Assembly (NCBI GenBank): GCA_001774395.1
Contig: MEZX01000002.1
Coordinates: forward strand, 302,101-366,100
Source of the DNA: Candidatus Berkelbacteria bacterium RIFCSPLOWO2_01_FULL_50_28
GTDB lineage: Bacteria; Patescibacteriota; UBA1384; 2-12-FULL-50-11
DNA length: 64,000 bases
Direction of reading: 5' to 3'
Position numbers and translations under genes: made by a program. Below are positions 9,038 to 22,100 of this stretch, piece after piece. Position 1 is the stretch's first letter, and the number at the start of each line of letters is the position of its first letter. The notes beneath the pieces are model-generated. The model did no database searches, had not been told where the DNA came from, and saw nothing but the letters and a program-made list of their open reading frames with translations.

Positions 9038-10162
9038 ATGAAGTTTCTAGAAGACGGTAATTTTGTTGGTAAGAAGATTCTTGTACGGATCGATGCCGAC
9101 GTGCCGTTGAAAGCGGTGGATGGCGAGATCGTGGTGGCCGACGATTTTCGATTGCGTAAACTCTTGCCCACGCTGAACTTCTTACTCAACCGTCAGGCAT
9201 CAATTGTCTTAATCGGGCATTTGGCACGTCCGGCCGGCACCCCAGACCCCGAGCTAAGCCTACGACCGGTCTACCTGCATCTTTCGGCACTTCTAAAAAA
9301 ACCGATCCTGTTCGCCCCGAACCTCTTCTCTGTTGCTACCAAGAAAACCGTTGCTGAGTTGAAGGAAAAACAGATAGTTGGTCTGGAGAACTTACGCTTC
9401 GACCCAGGTGAAGACAACAACTCCCGAACTTATGCCAGACGACTGGCCGAGTACGGCGAGGTTTACGTCAATGAAGCTTTCGGTTCACATCACGTGGCTG
9501 CTTCGACAGTGGCAATAACTGAGTTCCTACCGTCCTATGCGGGACTTCATCTGGAGCAAGAGCTAAAAACCCTGGGTTCATTGATGAAAGCGCCAGCTCA
9601 TCCGTTTGTGGCAGTGATCGGCGGTGCAAAGATCGAAGATAAATTACCGGTAATTAAGGGGTTACTAGAGAATGTCGATCGAGTGTTAGTCGGTGGTCGG
9701 GTCGCTAACAACTTTATGGTTGCTTCGGGGATAGACGTCCAGGGCTCAACAATCCAGGCTGATATGGTCGAAGAGGCAAGAAAGCTGTTGAAGCGATCCC
9801 ACGGTAAAATAATCCTACCGGTTGATTTCATCTGGGAGGATGGACATATTCTTGATCTTGGGCCGAAGACAATCGAGCTGTTTTGCCATCACATCTGCCA
9901 TGCTAGAACCGTGCTTTGGAGCGGACCGCTTGGCAAGGTTGAAGAACCTCGTTTCTGTCGCGCTTCAACAGAAGTTGCTAAGTGCATTATTGCGTCTGGT
10001 GCTACGAGTATCATCGGTGGCGGTGACACAACTGGGTTCCTGGATAGTACGGGCATGGCACAGAAATTCAGCTTCATCTCTTCTGGTGGTGGGGCAACGC
10101 TACAACTACTATCTGGCGCTCCGCTCCCGACAATTAAGGCGCTGGATAACGCGTCGGAGTAG
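9038..10162 (+). CDS. pgk: Phosphoglycerate kinase
   Basis: GKKILVRIDADVP, GHLARP, LENLRFDPGE, YVNEAFG, IGGAKIEDK, ILDLGPKT, IIGGGDT, ISSGGGATL. Confidence 0.95.
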   Translation: MKFLEDGNFVGKKILVRIDADVPLKAVDGEIVVADDFRLRKLLPTLNFLLNRQASIVLIGHLARPAGTPDPELSLRPVYLHLSALLKKPILFAPNLFSVATKKTVAELKEKQIVGLENLRFDPGEDNNSRTYARRLAEYGEVYVNEAFGSHHVAASTVAITEFLPSYAGLHLEQELKTLGSLMKAPAHPFVAVIGGAKIEDKLPVIKGLLENVDRVLVGGRVANNFMVASGIDVQGSTIQADMVEEARKLLKRSHGKIILPVDFIWEDGHILDLGPKTIELFCHHICHARTVLWSGPLGKVEEPRFCRASTEVAKCIIASGATSIIGGGDTTGFLDSTGMAQKFSFISSGGGATLQLLSGAPLPTIKALDNASE

Positions 10163-10167
10163 GGTCT

Positions 10168-11001
10168 CTAACTTACTGGCGGTGGTTGGGTTGCGGCGTC
10201 TATTTTGTTCTCTATGGTCTTCTCTTCGACGGCAATTGCGGTTTCTTTCGTGTCAATTTGTTTCTCGAGCTGGAGAATACGTTCGAGGAGCTGTTTTTCT
10301 TTCTCCTGATCTTTTTCCCCAGCCTCAAGGATAACTCTTAATCGGCGGCTTTGTGACAGAAACACCGCCAAAAGAATTGGCCAAGCGATTATGAAGATAA
10401 AGACTATAAGAAAAAGCCAGAAAGGTATGCTTACTGATACTTTTGTGTTGACGAGCTTATCGCCGGGCTGTCCCTGTCCGGGGGGTTCAGCGGTGAAGAG
10501 AGGAACATTCAGAGGGTCTCTTCCCGGGAGAAGTGGCGGGACGGTAATAGTAATGCTAACAACATTAGAGATCGGCAACGGTGTAAAAGTTACTACTGGC
10601 TTGTCGTTGATTGTCACGGTATCAACCACTGCGGTGAAAGTTGCCTCTCCCGGGGCAGTGGAGGACGCTACGCAGCGCGCAACCCCGTCAGTATCAGTTG
10701 TAGCGGTATTGTCATTCGTTAGGCTGCTACCGTCGTAGCATCTAATCTTCTCGATTTCACCACGATTCGAGCTAACTTCAGCCGATTTGTTCGGGAGTGG
10801 CGTGCCAAATTTGTTTTTAGTCGTTAGTGTGAGAACCACCAGCGACGTCCCGTCGGCGGGCAGAGACGATAAGTCGCTCACAAATGTCGAAATACTCGGG
10901 CTAACTGACGAGACGACAGTGGCGCTGATCGTTGAGCTTTGAGCCAAGGCGATTGTTGGGGCGAATATAAAAAAGGAGAGGAGCGCTAGTTTGAGCTTCA
11001 T
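10168..11001 (-). CDS. Secreted Big_1 (invasin/intimin Ig-like) domain protein with C-terminal TM anchor and coiled-coil tail
   Basis: Signal peptide (..IALAQ), LPADGTSLVVLTLTTKNKFGTPL..TDTDGVA..GEATFTAVV, TM IPFWLFLIVFIFIIAWPILLAVFL. Confidence 0.7.
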   Translation of the reverse strand: MKLKLALLSFFIFAPTIALAQSSTISATVVSSVSPSISTFVSDLSSLPADGTSLVVLTLTTKNKFGTPLPNKSAEVSSNRGEIEKIRCYDGSSLTNDNTATTDTDGVARCVASSTAPGEATFTAVVDTVTINDKPVVTFTPLPISNVVSITITVPPLLPGRDPLNVPLFTAEPPGQGQPGDKLVNTKVSVSIPFWLFLIVFIFIIAWPILLAVFLSQSRRLRVILEAGEKDQEKEKQLLERILQLEKQIDTKETAIAVEEKTIENKIDAATQPPPVS

Positions 11002-11003
11002 CA

Positions 11004-11972
11004 CTAGCGCATAACAATTTTTGGTGGCATCGGTTTTGGAGTAGCAGGCGGTATAACAGCTTGCCTCTTCCGTCGTTTCTTGAAAATCCCAAAAGCAATT
11101 CGCAAGACTACCAGCCCAAAGGCGACGATAAACCAGATTGGAATGATAATAAAGCTACGGGTGACAATCATTTGCTTCTCCTCGGTACCGTAGTAGAGAG
11201 CGGTAGTAGCGGTGTATTTCCCGAATGCTTTCCAGTCGAAGCCCCAGCTGGTTTCAAAACGTCGCTTGCTGTCGGGCAGAACATTGCCTTCACCTTCGTT
11301 AATCTTAATGGCGGCGGAAGTATCACCAAACCAGTTTCTAATCTTCAGTTCACCTGCAGGCCGAAGATGAATATTGCCGGTATTAGAAAATAGAACCGAA
11401 AAATTAGCTGGAGGTGAAATTAATATTCTAGGAGCAATGAATTCGTCCATTGTTAGTCTTTCTAAAATCTCTCCCGGGACTTTCGCTAGTAATAACGTTC
11501 CTACCAGGCCTACTACTCCAACCTGGCTAACGTTCTCGTCTAATTTTGGCGCTTCCGTGGAAAACAGCACGGCGGCGTAATGGCCGCCTGGATCGGCATT
11601 CTCAGGGACGGTTATGGTGACATCGAATTTCTCGTCCTCGCCGGGAGTTACGCGTATAAATGGCTTGGAAAAAGTAATCCACTGGGACATCGTCCAGCGA
11701 GACGTTTTGTCTTTGGGGGTAAAAAAGTTTGGTTGACCCTTGTCGTTGTCGGTATGAAAGTCTAACACTCTCGGGTAGAGGGTAATCACTTTGGCCACGG
11801 GGTTAATCACCCTAAGCGTCCGGGTTGTTATCTTGCCGGGTATAACATTAAAGATGTCAGTTACTGGGGTGACAGTAATTCCGGCGGCGTCTTGCGCCCT
11901 AAGACTTGATTGGGGCAAAATCAAAACAGCCGCTAAGACTCCTAAGAGTAACAACCGACTAAAAACCATCAT
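11004..11972 (-). CDS. DUF916/DUF3324-like (WxL-interacting) membrane-anchored protein, paralog 1
   Basis: Signal peptide, two Ig-like halves (ITVPENADPGGHYAAVLF; NTGNIHLRPAG..IRNWFG..VLPDSKR..GKYTA), C-terminal TM and KKRRKR tail. Confidence 0.75.
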   Translation of the reverse strand: MMVFSRLLLLGVLAAVLILPQSSLRAQDAAGITVTPVTDIFNVIPGKITTRTLRVINPVAKVITLYPRVLDFHTDNDKGQPNFFTPKDKTSRWTMSQWITFSKPFIRVTPGEDEKFDVTITVPENADPGGHYAAVLFSTEAPKLDENVSQVGVVGLVGTLLLAKVPGEILERLTMDEFIAPRILISPPANFSVLFSNTGNIHLRPAGELKIRNWFGDTSAAIKINEGEGNVLPDSKRRFETSWGFDWKAFGKYTATTALYYGTEEKQMIVTRSFIIIPIWFIVAFGLVVLRIAFGIFKKRRKRQAVIPPATPKPMPPKIVMR

Positions 11973-11973
11973 G

Positions 11974-13146
11974 CTAATAGGTCGCTGTGCAGACGTAAGT
12001 AATCGTGTCGGTATACGATCCGGCTGGTGCCAAACCAGAAACAGCCGCTTTATGGACGATGGTCAGAATTCTGCTGGCTAAGGCACCGCTAGCGGCAGCG
12101 ATGGATATTGCCGCACCAGCGCCGACCTCTAAACCTCCCATTTCGTTAGCACCACCGGAAGCATCGAACCGCCCGTCGACCGTTAAGGCCGCACCCGAAC
12201 CACCGCCACTGGAAGCGGATACTCCAAAACCGTCAGTCGCCGCTGCTAGGGTGACGATGTTACCATAAGCTCCATCGGCTGAACCAATTAAGTATGTTGT
12301 GCCAGCTGACTTATACAGTCCTGGGTTGACCGCATTACCAGCATCGTAAACAATAATATTTAAACCACCCTGGCCGTTGGAGCTGGCAGTGATGGTAGTG
12401 CTGGTATCAGATGTTGAGATTGCACCAGTTGTCAAAGAAGAAAAAGTTGTTGTCATGCCAGTAAAAGTACAGGTAATAGAAGGGTCAACGGTGGCGTTAA
12501 CCGTCACATCGTTGTCGGCGATGACTTCTAGAGCCAGTGTGCCAGTGTCAGTGAAACCACCGCCACCGGCCAGGGTAACTTTCGCGTCAGTCACATTTTC
12601 GGCCGCCGTTTGGTTGGTGATTTGGTCGTTACCAGCGGCGCCGCTAGTAGCGTTGGTGCCGATTTCAATCGTGACGATCGATCCAGCCGCGATGGTCGCA
12701 TCAGTTGCACAACGAGTGAAGGTGAAACCGATCGGATCAACAATATCAGCCGTAGTAATTTCGATTTCAATGGCCGCTCCCGAGCAGCCACCGCTAGCGA
12801 CCATGGTTTGATCAACACCGTCGTCAGTGACATCGAAATCTTCCGGTTCACTATTCAGAAAACCCGCTCCCGTAAATCCGGCCGGAAAAGCCAGCGCCAA
12901 GGTCTCACCGGCCGCCCAGCCATCAGTAATGGTAAAGGTAAAAGTATGGTTTGCCACGACAGACTCCTTCATCGTCGACAGAACGTCAGAAAACGATGTA
13001 ACTGGAGCGGCAAAAGCCGAAGGCGTATAAGGTAGAAGTAGACTAAGTATCGCGACCGAGACTATCAGTCGTGCTAATCTAACCCGCAAACCCTCTTTTC
13101 CCTCTCGTCGCATTCTTAGTTTAGCTTCTCTCGCTTTGTAATACAT
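11974..13146 (-). CDS. Secreted protein with C-terminal WxL-like domain (small subunit c)
   Basis: Long basic signal peptide (..SAFAA), acidic T/G/A-rich mature part, ends AGSYTDTITYVCTATY; paralog of 43995 and 45187. Confidence 0.7.
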   Translation of the reverse strand: MYYKAREAKLRMRREGKEGLRVRLARLIVSVAILSLLLPYTPSAFAAPVTSFSDVLSTMKESVVANHTFTFTITDGWAAGETLALAFPAGFTGAGFLNSEPEDFDVTDDGVDQTMVASGGCSGAAIEIEITTADIVDPIGFTFTRCATDATIAAGSIVTIEIGTNATSGAAGNDQITNQTAAENVTDAKVTLAGGGGFTDTGTLALEVIADNDVTVNATVDPSITCTFTGMTTTFSSLTTGAISTSDTSTTITASSNGQGGLNIIVYDAGNAVNPGLYKSAGTTYLIGSADGAYGNIVTLAAATDGFGVSASSGGGSGAALTVDGRFDASGGANEMGGLEVGAGAAISIAAASGALASRILTIVHKAAVSGLAPAGSYTDTITYVCTATY

Positions 13147-13156
13147 GTCAAGCCAA

Positions 13157-16100
13157 TCAAAAGGTTCCCGTCAATATATACAGCACCTCGGTTGTGTAAG
13201 GGTTGGCTTCTTGAAGCTCGCTAACGGAGACTTTGTGCGTAATGGTAAACGCTTCGTTGGTAACTGGGCCGCTCGTGCCGTCAACGGCCGTCGTGTGATC
13301 GGCGACAATATCCCCGAATTCAGTCAATCTCAAAGGCGCATAAAGCGTGCCGCCGCTAAAAATGTTGACGCCTTGAATTGTCGTGTCGTCGGAGGTGTAG
13401 CCGTAACCGCAATTGGTGCTCGGGGTACAAGTGCCACCTGGCCAAGCCCCGGGGGAAGCGTACGAGCCGCCCTCAAACATCGGGATGGTTTTAATGCCCT
13501 TGGTTAGGAGTGAGCTGGCGTACTGGCGGATAACATAACCGCCATAAGCATTAGTGCTGGAGGTCAGAGTAAGAGTCTTGGAGTCGGTTCGGTTATTACC
13601 GTTGTTAAGATTTGCAAAAGTTATCGTGACAGCGCCGAGCGACAAGCTAATCGTTGGTAGAACCGATTGGCCGTTGGAGGAAGTGACGCCCGAAGTGTTA
13701 GTAGCGTTATCAACCGCTCGGACATTGAAGAAGTAATTCTGGTTGGTTCGCAATATTAAACTAGTTGAGGTGACCGATTCGGTTGTTGAATTATCGGTCC
13801 AGGTTTTAATATCGGTCCCACCGGCTGTGGTACCAATTGAATATTGATACTTATTTAGTCCCGAGGCATCGCAGGTGTAAGCATCCCAGTTAGCCGAGAC
13901 GGAAGTGAGGGAGCCGTCATTATACGATGCGTCAACATCCTCAACCGTGCCGTCGTAAATGCTAGAACCGTAAGTGCAAGCGGTGGTGTCGACACCAAAA
14001 TCCCGATCAGCCGGGTTGGTTGGTGGGTTTTCAGTGTTACCGCCGTAACCGGTCCAGCTGGAGTAGGCCGTGGCGGCGTCTTTCACCTGGGCTTGCCAGT
14101 GATATTGGGTACCATCAACCAAACCGCTAATAGTTACGGTTACCGTGACTGGCGTACCAGTGTAGGCAACTCCCGAACCGCATAAGTCCCCGCCGTCAAC
14201 TGAAGATAGGGCAGTAGCGACGGGATCTTTTTCAACACAAAGATAGAGTGTGTCAGCGGCGTCAGGGTCGGAAGCCAGAGCGGTAAATTTGACTGAAGCT
14301 TCGTTGGTCCAATCGCCAGTAGCTAAGACTGTATCGTCGGTTTTCATTTGAACTAAACTTGATGGGGCAATTGGTGCGCTTGTCCAGTGCAGGAAACCGA
14401 GAGTATCGCTGCCACCGTCACCAGTGTCGGAATCGGACGCCTCGCAGGATGCCCAGCCGGTACAAGTGGCCGGATAGAGAACCCAGTAGTTACCAGCGGC
14501 CGGAGCCCCAGTGGCGATTTGAGTGACGGAGTATTCTGGCACATTGTCTGAAGCTTCGAGGAAGATCATGTTGTCCCAGGTCTTGGCTGGAGCACCGGTC
14601 CCGATTAACGATCCGTGAACCTTCATATATGTATCGGTGGCTCCAACATTCTGGAAGTTGTCGAACTGACCGTCATCAAGATTAGTGAGGGTTGCTCCAC
14701 TTTGAAGATCCAGGCCGGTACCGCCGCTGGTGCCACCGAGGTAACTGAATTTGTAGTACTGGGCGTCGATGGTTCCCGCCACATCGAAGTGATATCCACC
14801 ACTAGCGCCACGAGTAACAGTAGAGAGATTTGTCGAAGTAGTTTGACCCTTCATCTCCAGGGTTTTGCCACTGCCAACCGTGAAGATGTCACCGTCTTGC
14901 ATCATCGTCATCGGTTTGATGACTGAAGTAGAGTTGTCAGCATCAAAGGCGGTAAAGGTGTAAGTGGCATTCAAGGCATACGGAGTGGCGCCGCAATCAA
15001 CAGTGAATTTGGTGTTAACAGCCCCGGTACTGTCGGTAAACAGAGTGCCCGTTGTTAGGTCACCAACATCGGTACCGTTGCGGTAAACATCCATTACCGC
15101 TTGGCTTGTTACACAACTAGCGCCGACGCCAGCGGTTTTGGTGACGAGTTTGTAAGCGTACGGGCCTCCAGACAGATCGGCCGGAGCGGACAGGTCGTAA
15201 GCGAGGTTAGTGTCTTCGGTGCCGGTCCCAGAATACCCGTGAGCGGTAACAGATTTCTCCCAAAGATTATTGGCGTAGTTAAACTTGTCAGTCGATTCCA
15301 CTTGCGGACTCTCGGCCGTATCGGCCGGAATGGCATATTCGCCCCAAATCTTCGTTGCGCCAGCCGAGGTGTCGTGCTTACGGGAGACGATGTACGCCCC
15401 AGCGACAGTCACCCCAGTCACTTCGGTGGAGGAAGAGAGGGTAGTGTTGTAGAGCGAGAGGGTGTGAGCGCCAGCACCAGCGAAAAGAACATCTGCCGAG
15501 GTGTTAGGAGCAGTGCCGTAAACATCACTAATCACCACATTGCCGGTGGCGGTGGTATTATCAACAGCTAAGCCATACGACTGCCCACCACTCTGATTGC
15601 CGGTAAAAGTGTTGTTGGAGACGCCGTAAATAAGGATGCCGTAGGTACCGTTGTCATTGGTGGTGTTGGAAGTGAAGGTATTTCTGCTAGCGCTGGTAGT
15701 AAGTGCGATACCATATGTCCCGTTACCGGTAACGGTATTAGATGTAAAGGAGTTATTAGTGACATTGTTGACATTGAAACCGTAGCCACTATTACCAAGG
15801 GCGGAGTTAGAAGTGAAGGTGTTGCTGTTGGCGCTGTTTTGCGTTAAAAAGCCACCGCTAGCATTACCAATAGCGGAGTTGGAAGTGAGGGTGTTATTGG
15901 TACTGGAGGAGAGGAGGTAGAAGCCGTAACTAGTATTACCGGTGGAGACATTGGAAGTCAGGGTGTTATTGGCAGAGCTGGCGTTGAAATAGAAACCATA
16001 GCCAGCGTTACCGGTGGTAGTGTTGGAAGTGAAGGTGTTGCTGTTGGCGGTGGAATTGAGGAAGAAGCCACTTGCAAGGTTACTGCTGACTGCGTTAGAG

Positions 16101-19100
16101 GTGAAGGTGTTGCTGTTGGCGCTGTTGAGGAGTTGAAAGCCATAGCTAAGGTTGCTGGTAGACGAGCTATTGGTGATGCCCTTGCTGTTACCCGTGTTGT
16201 TGTTGGTGGCGCCGTTCAAGTAAGTACCGTAGTAGTTACTGCGCAGGCGCGATCGATCAATCGTCACGCCTTCACTGGCGTTAGTGCCGTTAACAGTATC
16301 GAACTGCACTCCATACTTACTGGTGGCATTTCGTCCTAAATTACAGACATCGGCGTAATTCATAGCTGTTTCCGAACCAGCAATGGCGCGGATGTAGCTT
16401 TCGCCGGCTTCATTGGCAGTCGCCGTGCAGGCGACACCATCTTCGGCGGTGACATTGGCGTAGTCATAAATTTCAAACTGATCGCCGGGGCGGACACCAT
16501 CACTGATGTCGACTGTGTCGCCAGCGGTGAAACCAGAGAATGCATCGGGGGAAGCAATAACTTTTAGATAGTCGTTAGTACCACTACACCCTGCATAGTC
16601 GTTGACCGAATCGGTAATTTGGAAGTAACCCTTAGTGCCGGTGAAATCGCGCATATACGAACCGATCTTTTGGTTGTCGGCGGTGATCGAATCAGGAATA
16701 CATACAGTCATAATTGTGTTTCCGACGGAAATAGCTTTGCTAGCGCTAACGACGGAGGCGGTTGAGGTGTCGGCGCGGGTGATGGAGTCGTGGGTAGAGG
16801 TGTCACATTGGGCATCGTCAACAGTCGTGTCGGTAATGGGATAAATCTGCCCGATCGCTAATCCAGAAGTAGCTCGGACATTCAAACTATTGTATTGGTC
16901 GGTTGTAAATGTCGCGTTAGCACAGATCTTTGTTTCGCGGATGTCGTAGTCGGTAATGGCGGTCGAGGTGGTAGCGGCCAGCGACAGCGCTCCGATGACA
17001 TTGAGCTTACCGGTCGAGGCGACTTCGACACCGGTATCTGATGCAGTCGCAGAAGATTTGGGAATCAGCTTGAGAATGCCGTTTTCATTGATGGTTAGTG
17101 TCCCTTGACCGCTTCCTGACGACGCTCCAACATCAACAATACAGTTGGCGCATTGAGTCGAGGTGTCTTTGTTGACTTGCAGAGTAATGGTTGACCCTTC
17201 AGCCAGAGCATCCATTGTTTGGAGAATGCCGGTTTCATTGGCATTAACGGCAATGTCTATCCCACCGTAAACGAGTAAGTTATCAGCACTACCATCGCCA
17301 ATTGTTACTGTCCCGTTGCCGATCACCAAGGCATCGGCCGCCGGTGTGCCGGAAGTAGTATCCACTAGCAGCCTGTTTTGGCTAGTCCAACCGCCTCCAC
17401 CGGAAGCGTTATGGAATTTAAGTTTGTAGAACGCGGGGTCGGATTGGATGGTTTTACCGGAAGCTGTTGAGTTCATGGTGACGGTGCCGGAGTTAGGGGC
17501 GAAGTTAGAAACATTAGTTAAGTTACCACCGACTGTCAGAGCGTAATTGGAAGCCGTGACATCGAGACTACCCGTCCGCACTCCGAGGTTATTAGTAACG
17601 GTGGTGTCGGCTTCTAAGACATATGTTTCGTAAGTAGGATGGTTACCAGCATCCATGTCTGTTCTTTCAGTTGTCCCTAGAACTCGATTATAGACTCGAA
17701 CATCATCAATCTTGCCTTCGAAGTAGTAATTAGGTGATCCTTCTGTAGCGCCTGCTCCAATTCTTAAGTCTCTCACGGTATTTTGAGTCAATGTACTAGC
17801 AGTCGGTCCGTATGAGGTTCCGTCAACAAATAAGTACATATTTACTCCGTCGTATGTTGCAATCAGGTGATACCAAACGTTATCAGTAATAGTCGGGCCA
17901 GTGACAACCTTCCATGTTCCGGCACCTGTCCAAAACTGCCACTTGTTATCTGAACCGGCATAAATTATATATCCCGCCGGAGTGCTGTCTCTGCTCGTAA
18001 TAACAGATCTCCAAGTACCAGCACCACCCTCAACCCTCGCCCAAGCAGATATTGTAAATGCACTAGGATTAAGGGCTGCATTATATGAACCTTGAATGTA
18101 TTGAGACGAGGCTACCGAAAAATCTAAGCCGTACGGATCAGAGCCGCTGCCACCGTAATAGTTATTGTTATTGACTGCAGTTGTCCATGTCGGTGAATTA
18201 TAGAGTGTCCCAGTTGCTCCGGTTCCAGAAATGTCGGCCGTCGTTGATGTCCCTGTTCCCTCGTCCATCTTCCAGTATCCAACTAGGCCGTCGTTAACTT
18301 CCAGATTGTAGTACGACCCTGATGTGGATTGGATCGTTGTGTTGCCACCAGCGTTGTTACCGGTGTATTTGAAAGTTGAGGTGGCGCCGGTCAGTACGCC
18401 TAATGGAGAGGCGAGTATCTGGAACGGATCGCCAGCCGTGCCAGACAGAGTCCAAGTTCGGTTACCAGCGTTCAGAACAGTGATATATGTGTCACCACTT
18501 TTACCAACTCTAAGAACTCCACTAACCGTGATACCGCCCGTAGCACCTGTTTGGGTGGTGACTGTATTCTGGGGATTGCATATTGAAGTACATGAATTAG
18601 AGAAAGTTAAATCACTAAATGTCCAAGCTGTTGAACCGCTTGTGGTCCCGAAATTCTTGTCGGCAATCACCCTTTGTTCGAAAGTCCCCCCAGTCAAAGA
18701 AATGATCCCAGCCGTACCAGCAACACTGCCGTTAACAGTGACATTCTGCGTACCCGAAAGAGTTCCTGCGGTCATTGTCAAGTCGTTGGTAGCAACAAGA
18801 GCATCTTGGGGAGTCCAAGCACCACCAGAACCGTTGAAGGTGAGATTGTAGAAAGAATCACCGGCCGAAGTAATAGTCTTGCCAGTGGTTGTAGAAGTGA
18901 AATTGACTGTCGATGTGTTAGCCGTAAAAACAGCTCCAGCAACATTTGTAAAGTTTCCACCAACATTTAATGTTGCCGCACCCATAGTCAGAATTGCGGT
19001 AGTAGTGTTGAAAGTAACATTACCACTAACCGTGACTGTTTGACCGCTGAGGTCGAATTCAGAAGCGCGACTACAGCAACCGATTGATAGGTTGCCATTT

Positions 19101-22100
19101 ATTATTGTTGTACCCTGGAAAGTAGTTTTTGAGCCGGTGCTTTGATTCGTCTGAACGCTGGAGTTGTAGGTGAACGCTGGCAGATTGTAATTGGTAGTAG
19201 GGTTAGAATCATTAAAAACATAAAGAGTCCCACTACTTGTTCCCCATGTGCCAGCTGGATTGAGAGAGAATGGAGTTGTGATTAATGAGTCAATTTGCAT
19301 TGAAAAAGTATTTAGGTCGAAGGTTCCCGTACCCAATGATATTGTCCCATTCATCCCTGTATTTGAGAGTAGCTGTGTGGTGTTACCGCTCTGGCCTACA
19401 TTCAAATTGTAAAACCGAGCAAGCCAAGTGCTGGTAGCACCGGTTTTAAGAGTTTTTGTACCAGTCCCGTTCATCACCACGGTTGAGGTGCCCTCGACGA
19501 TCGAGGTGCTATCAGTCGCCACGGCCGAGGTATCCCAGTTACCGGAAACTGTAATCGTTGAGGCCCGTTCAGTCAGAGTCCAGGTGCCGGCGTTACCGGT
19601 TAGGTTGCCACCAATGGTCAGGGCGTAGTTGAAGGTTGTGTTGGTGTCGAAGGTGCCGTTGGTGATACTGAAGTTATTGGTGACGCTCATTGCATCTTGT
19701 AGTGTCCAGCCGCCGCCAACACCATTGAAGACTAAATTGTAGAAACTCTGGGCGTTGGAAGTGATGGTTTTACCGGTGGCAACGGCGCTCATCGTAAGAG
19801 TGGATGTACCAGGGGTTACCGCAATGGTGCCGGTACCGTTAACGAATGTTACATTTCCCTTAACATCAACGGTTGAGGTTTGCATATTAAGTGTGTGGGT
19901 GCCGCCGTTGCTGGCGACCTGAAGATCACTAGTAAGGGTAATCACGCTAGATCCGAAACTTGCGGCGAAAGCACCCGTAGCAACATAACCAAAAGTAAAG
20001 TTTGCTGCATTAATGGCGTAGTTTTGGGTACTAAAAGTATTGCCTGTTCCACTGTTTGGTGCTCGCAGTCTGAAGCTTGAAGTAGTTGTCAGATCTCCAC
20101 CAAGGATATATGCCGTATTGTTAGTGTTGGAGTTTGTAGATACTTGCCATGAACCATAATTACCTCCAGCAATAGTCATATTAAAACTTCCAGCGTCAGC
20201 TTCGTAATAAACGGTCATTGTGCCGGTTAGGGAGGTTGGCGATGCAAAGACAAACGGTGTGCAAGTTGCCACACAGTGAATGACGACAAAGTTACCACCT
20301 CCGGCGACCGTACCACCATTAACCGTCATTGTGCCCCCGCTCGTTATTCCGAAAGTAGTATTTGGCAATGTTGTCGTGAACCCTGAATATCCAATCGAAA
20401 GATTGTAAAACAGGAGATACGCAAATGCCATTGTTCCCGTTCCGTTCAAAGCCACTGTTGATGTCCCGGATACAAACTTTGCTCCGCTATCGGTCCAGTG
20501 GCGGCTGACGGTAATAGTCGAACTTCCCGCTGTGTAGCTGACCCCAGAAGTATTGGCCAAGGTAAAGTCGCGGGTGACGGTCAGGGCTAAGTTGTTGGCC
20601 GTGACGGCGCCGTTAGTAACCGTATAGTCGTTAGTTGCCGCAACGGCGTTACTGTATGTCCAACCCCCAGCGACACCATCAAAGACAAGATTGTAAAAAC
20701 TTGATGCTCCCGTCATGGTGCCGGCTAAGGTATTACCCGTAGCCGTGTCGGTGAAGGTGGTGGTGTTACTGCCGGAGGTAAAGGTGCCGGAGTTGGAGTA
20801 ATTACCGCCGATGGAGAGGGCATTACCAGCCATGTCTAAGACGGAGGAAGCGTCAATCCCGACTTGACCTTGGTAGGAAGAGCCACCAGCGGGGGAGGTG
20901 GTGATGGTGCCGCCAGGAGCAAAGGTATTGTTCGTGACTTTCAGCTTCCAGTCACTGTCGACTACTAAGTTACTGGTGGTAACGGTGGCATGGATGTCGG
21001 TGTCGTTACCTTTGTCCCAGTTGTCGATATTGGCATTAGTCAGGGAACAGGTATTGTCACACCTGGTGGTTAAGCGGCTCTGGTAGATATGGATATTTGA
21101 TAGAGCTGAACCAGTCGCTTTAGTAACAGTCAGGCCGCCGATACCACCAGCCGTGTCCAGGTAGATGGAAAGGACATCGTTAGCATTAGCGCCAGTGGTG
21201 AAAGTAAAGACGCCGGAACCGTTGGCAACGGCAGTTTCGGTGGTTGTGCCGTTAATATACATCCGAACGGTTGGGCCAGTGGCCACAGCGGTTGTTTCAT
21301 CAGTCCCGTAAACCGTTCCCGTGACCGTGCCGCTAAAGGTCCAATTAGTGTTGTTTTGAGCGTTGAAGTTAGTGCCGTCCGAAGCAACGATGGCACTACC
21401 AGAGGAAGCGTCCGAACGGGAGACATTAACATACGAGACGGCGGTTTGAATGCCGGAAACATTCAGGAGCCAAGTACCGGTGATGGCACTGTTTCTAAAG
21501 TAAATTCTGGTGCCGATGGCGGCACCGTTCCAGTTGATATTAGCAATGGTGTAAGTTGAACCGGAGTTGTACTCGACCCGGACATTGGCGGTCGTGATGA
21601 CATAGTTATTAGTCACCGTCGCCGAGGCATTGAAGTCTATCCCTGCTACCCAACCAGTCCTCTCATTGTCAGAAGGCGAAGTGCCAGAAGAGTTGGTGAG
21701 GGTGAGATTGTAGAAAGCCGAGGTAGTGGTCATTGTGCCGGAGAGGGTTTGGGTGGCCGAACCGTCCAGAGTGACTGTGCCCGAGTTAGCCGTAAATGTA
21801 CCGGAGTTGGAGTAGTTACCACCGATCGTCAGAGTTGTAGACGGAGCAGTCACGGTGCCGTTGGTGATGGTCAGGTCATTGGCAAATGTGACGGCATTTG
21901 CGCCAAAACTCCAATCTCCGGCCACACCATCGAAAGTTAGATCGTAGAACGCCGAAGCGCCGGTCATGGTGCCGCCGAGGGTATTACCGGTATCAGTGGC
22001 GCTCATTATCACGGAAGCTGAGTTGTGGGTAAAGGTGCCGGAGTTGGAGTAAGAGCCGCCAATCTTTAAGCCGTAGAAGGACGAGGTGACGGTGCCGTTG

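Noticed and set aside
8965-9189. N-terminal extension of the 398-aa ORF, and similar extensions at 41068, 45248, 46774, 61851 and 61875
   Set aside because: They overlap neighbouring genes, repeats or promoters; downstream ATGs fit better.
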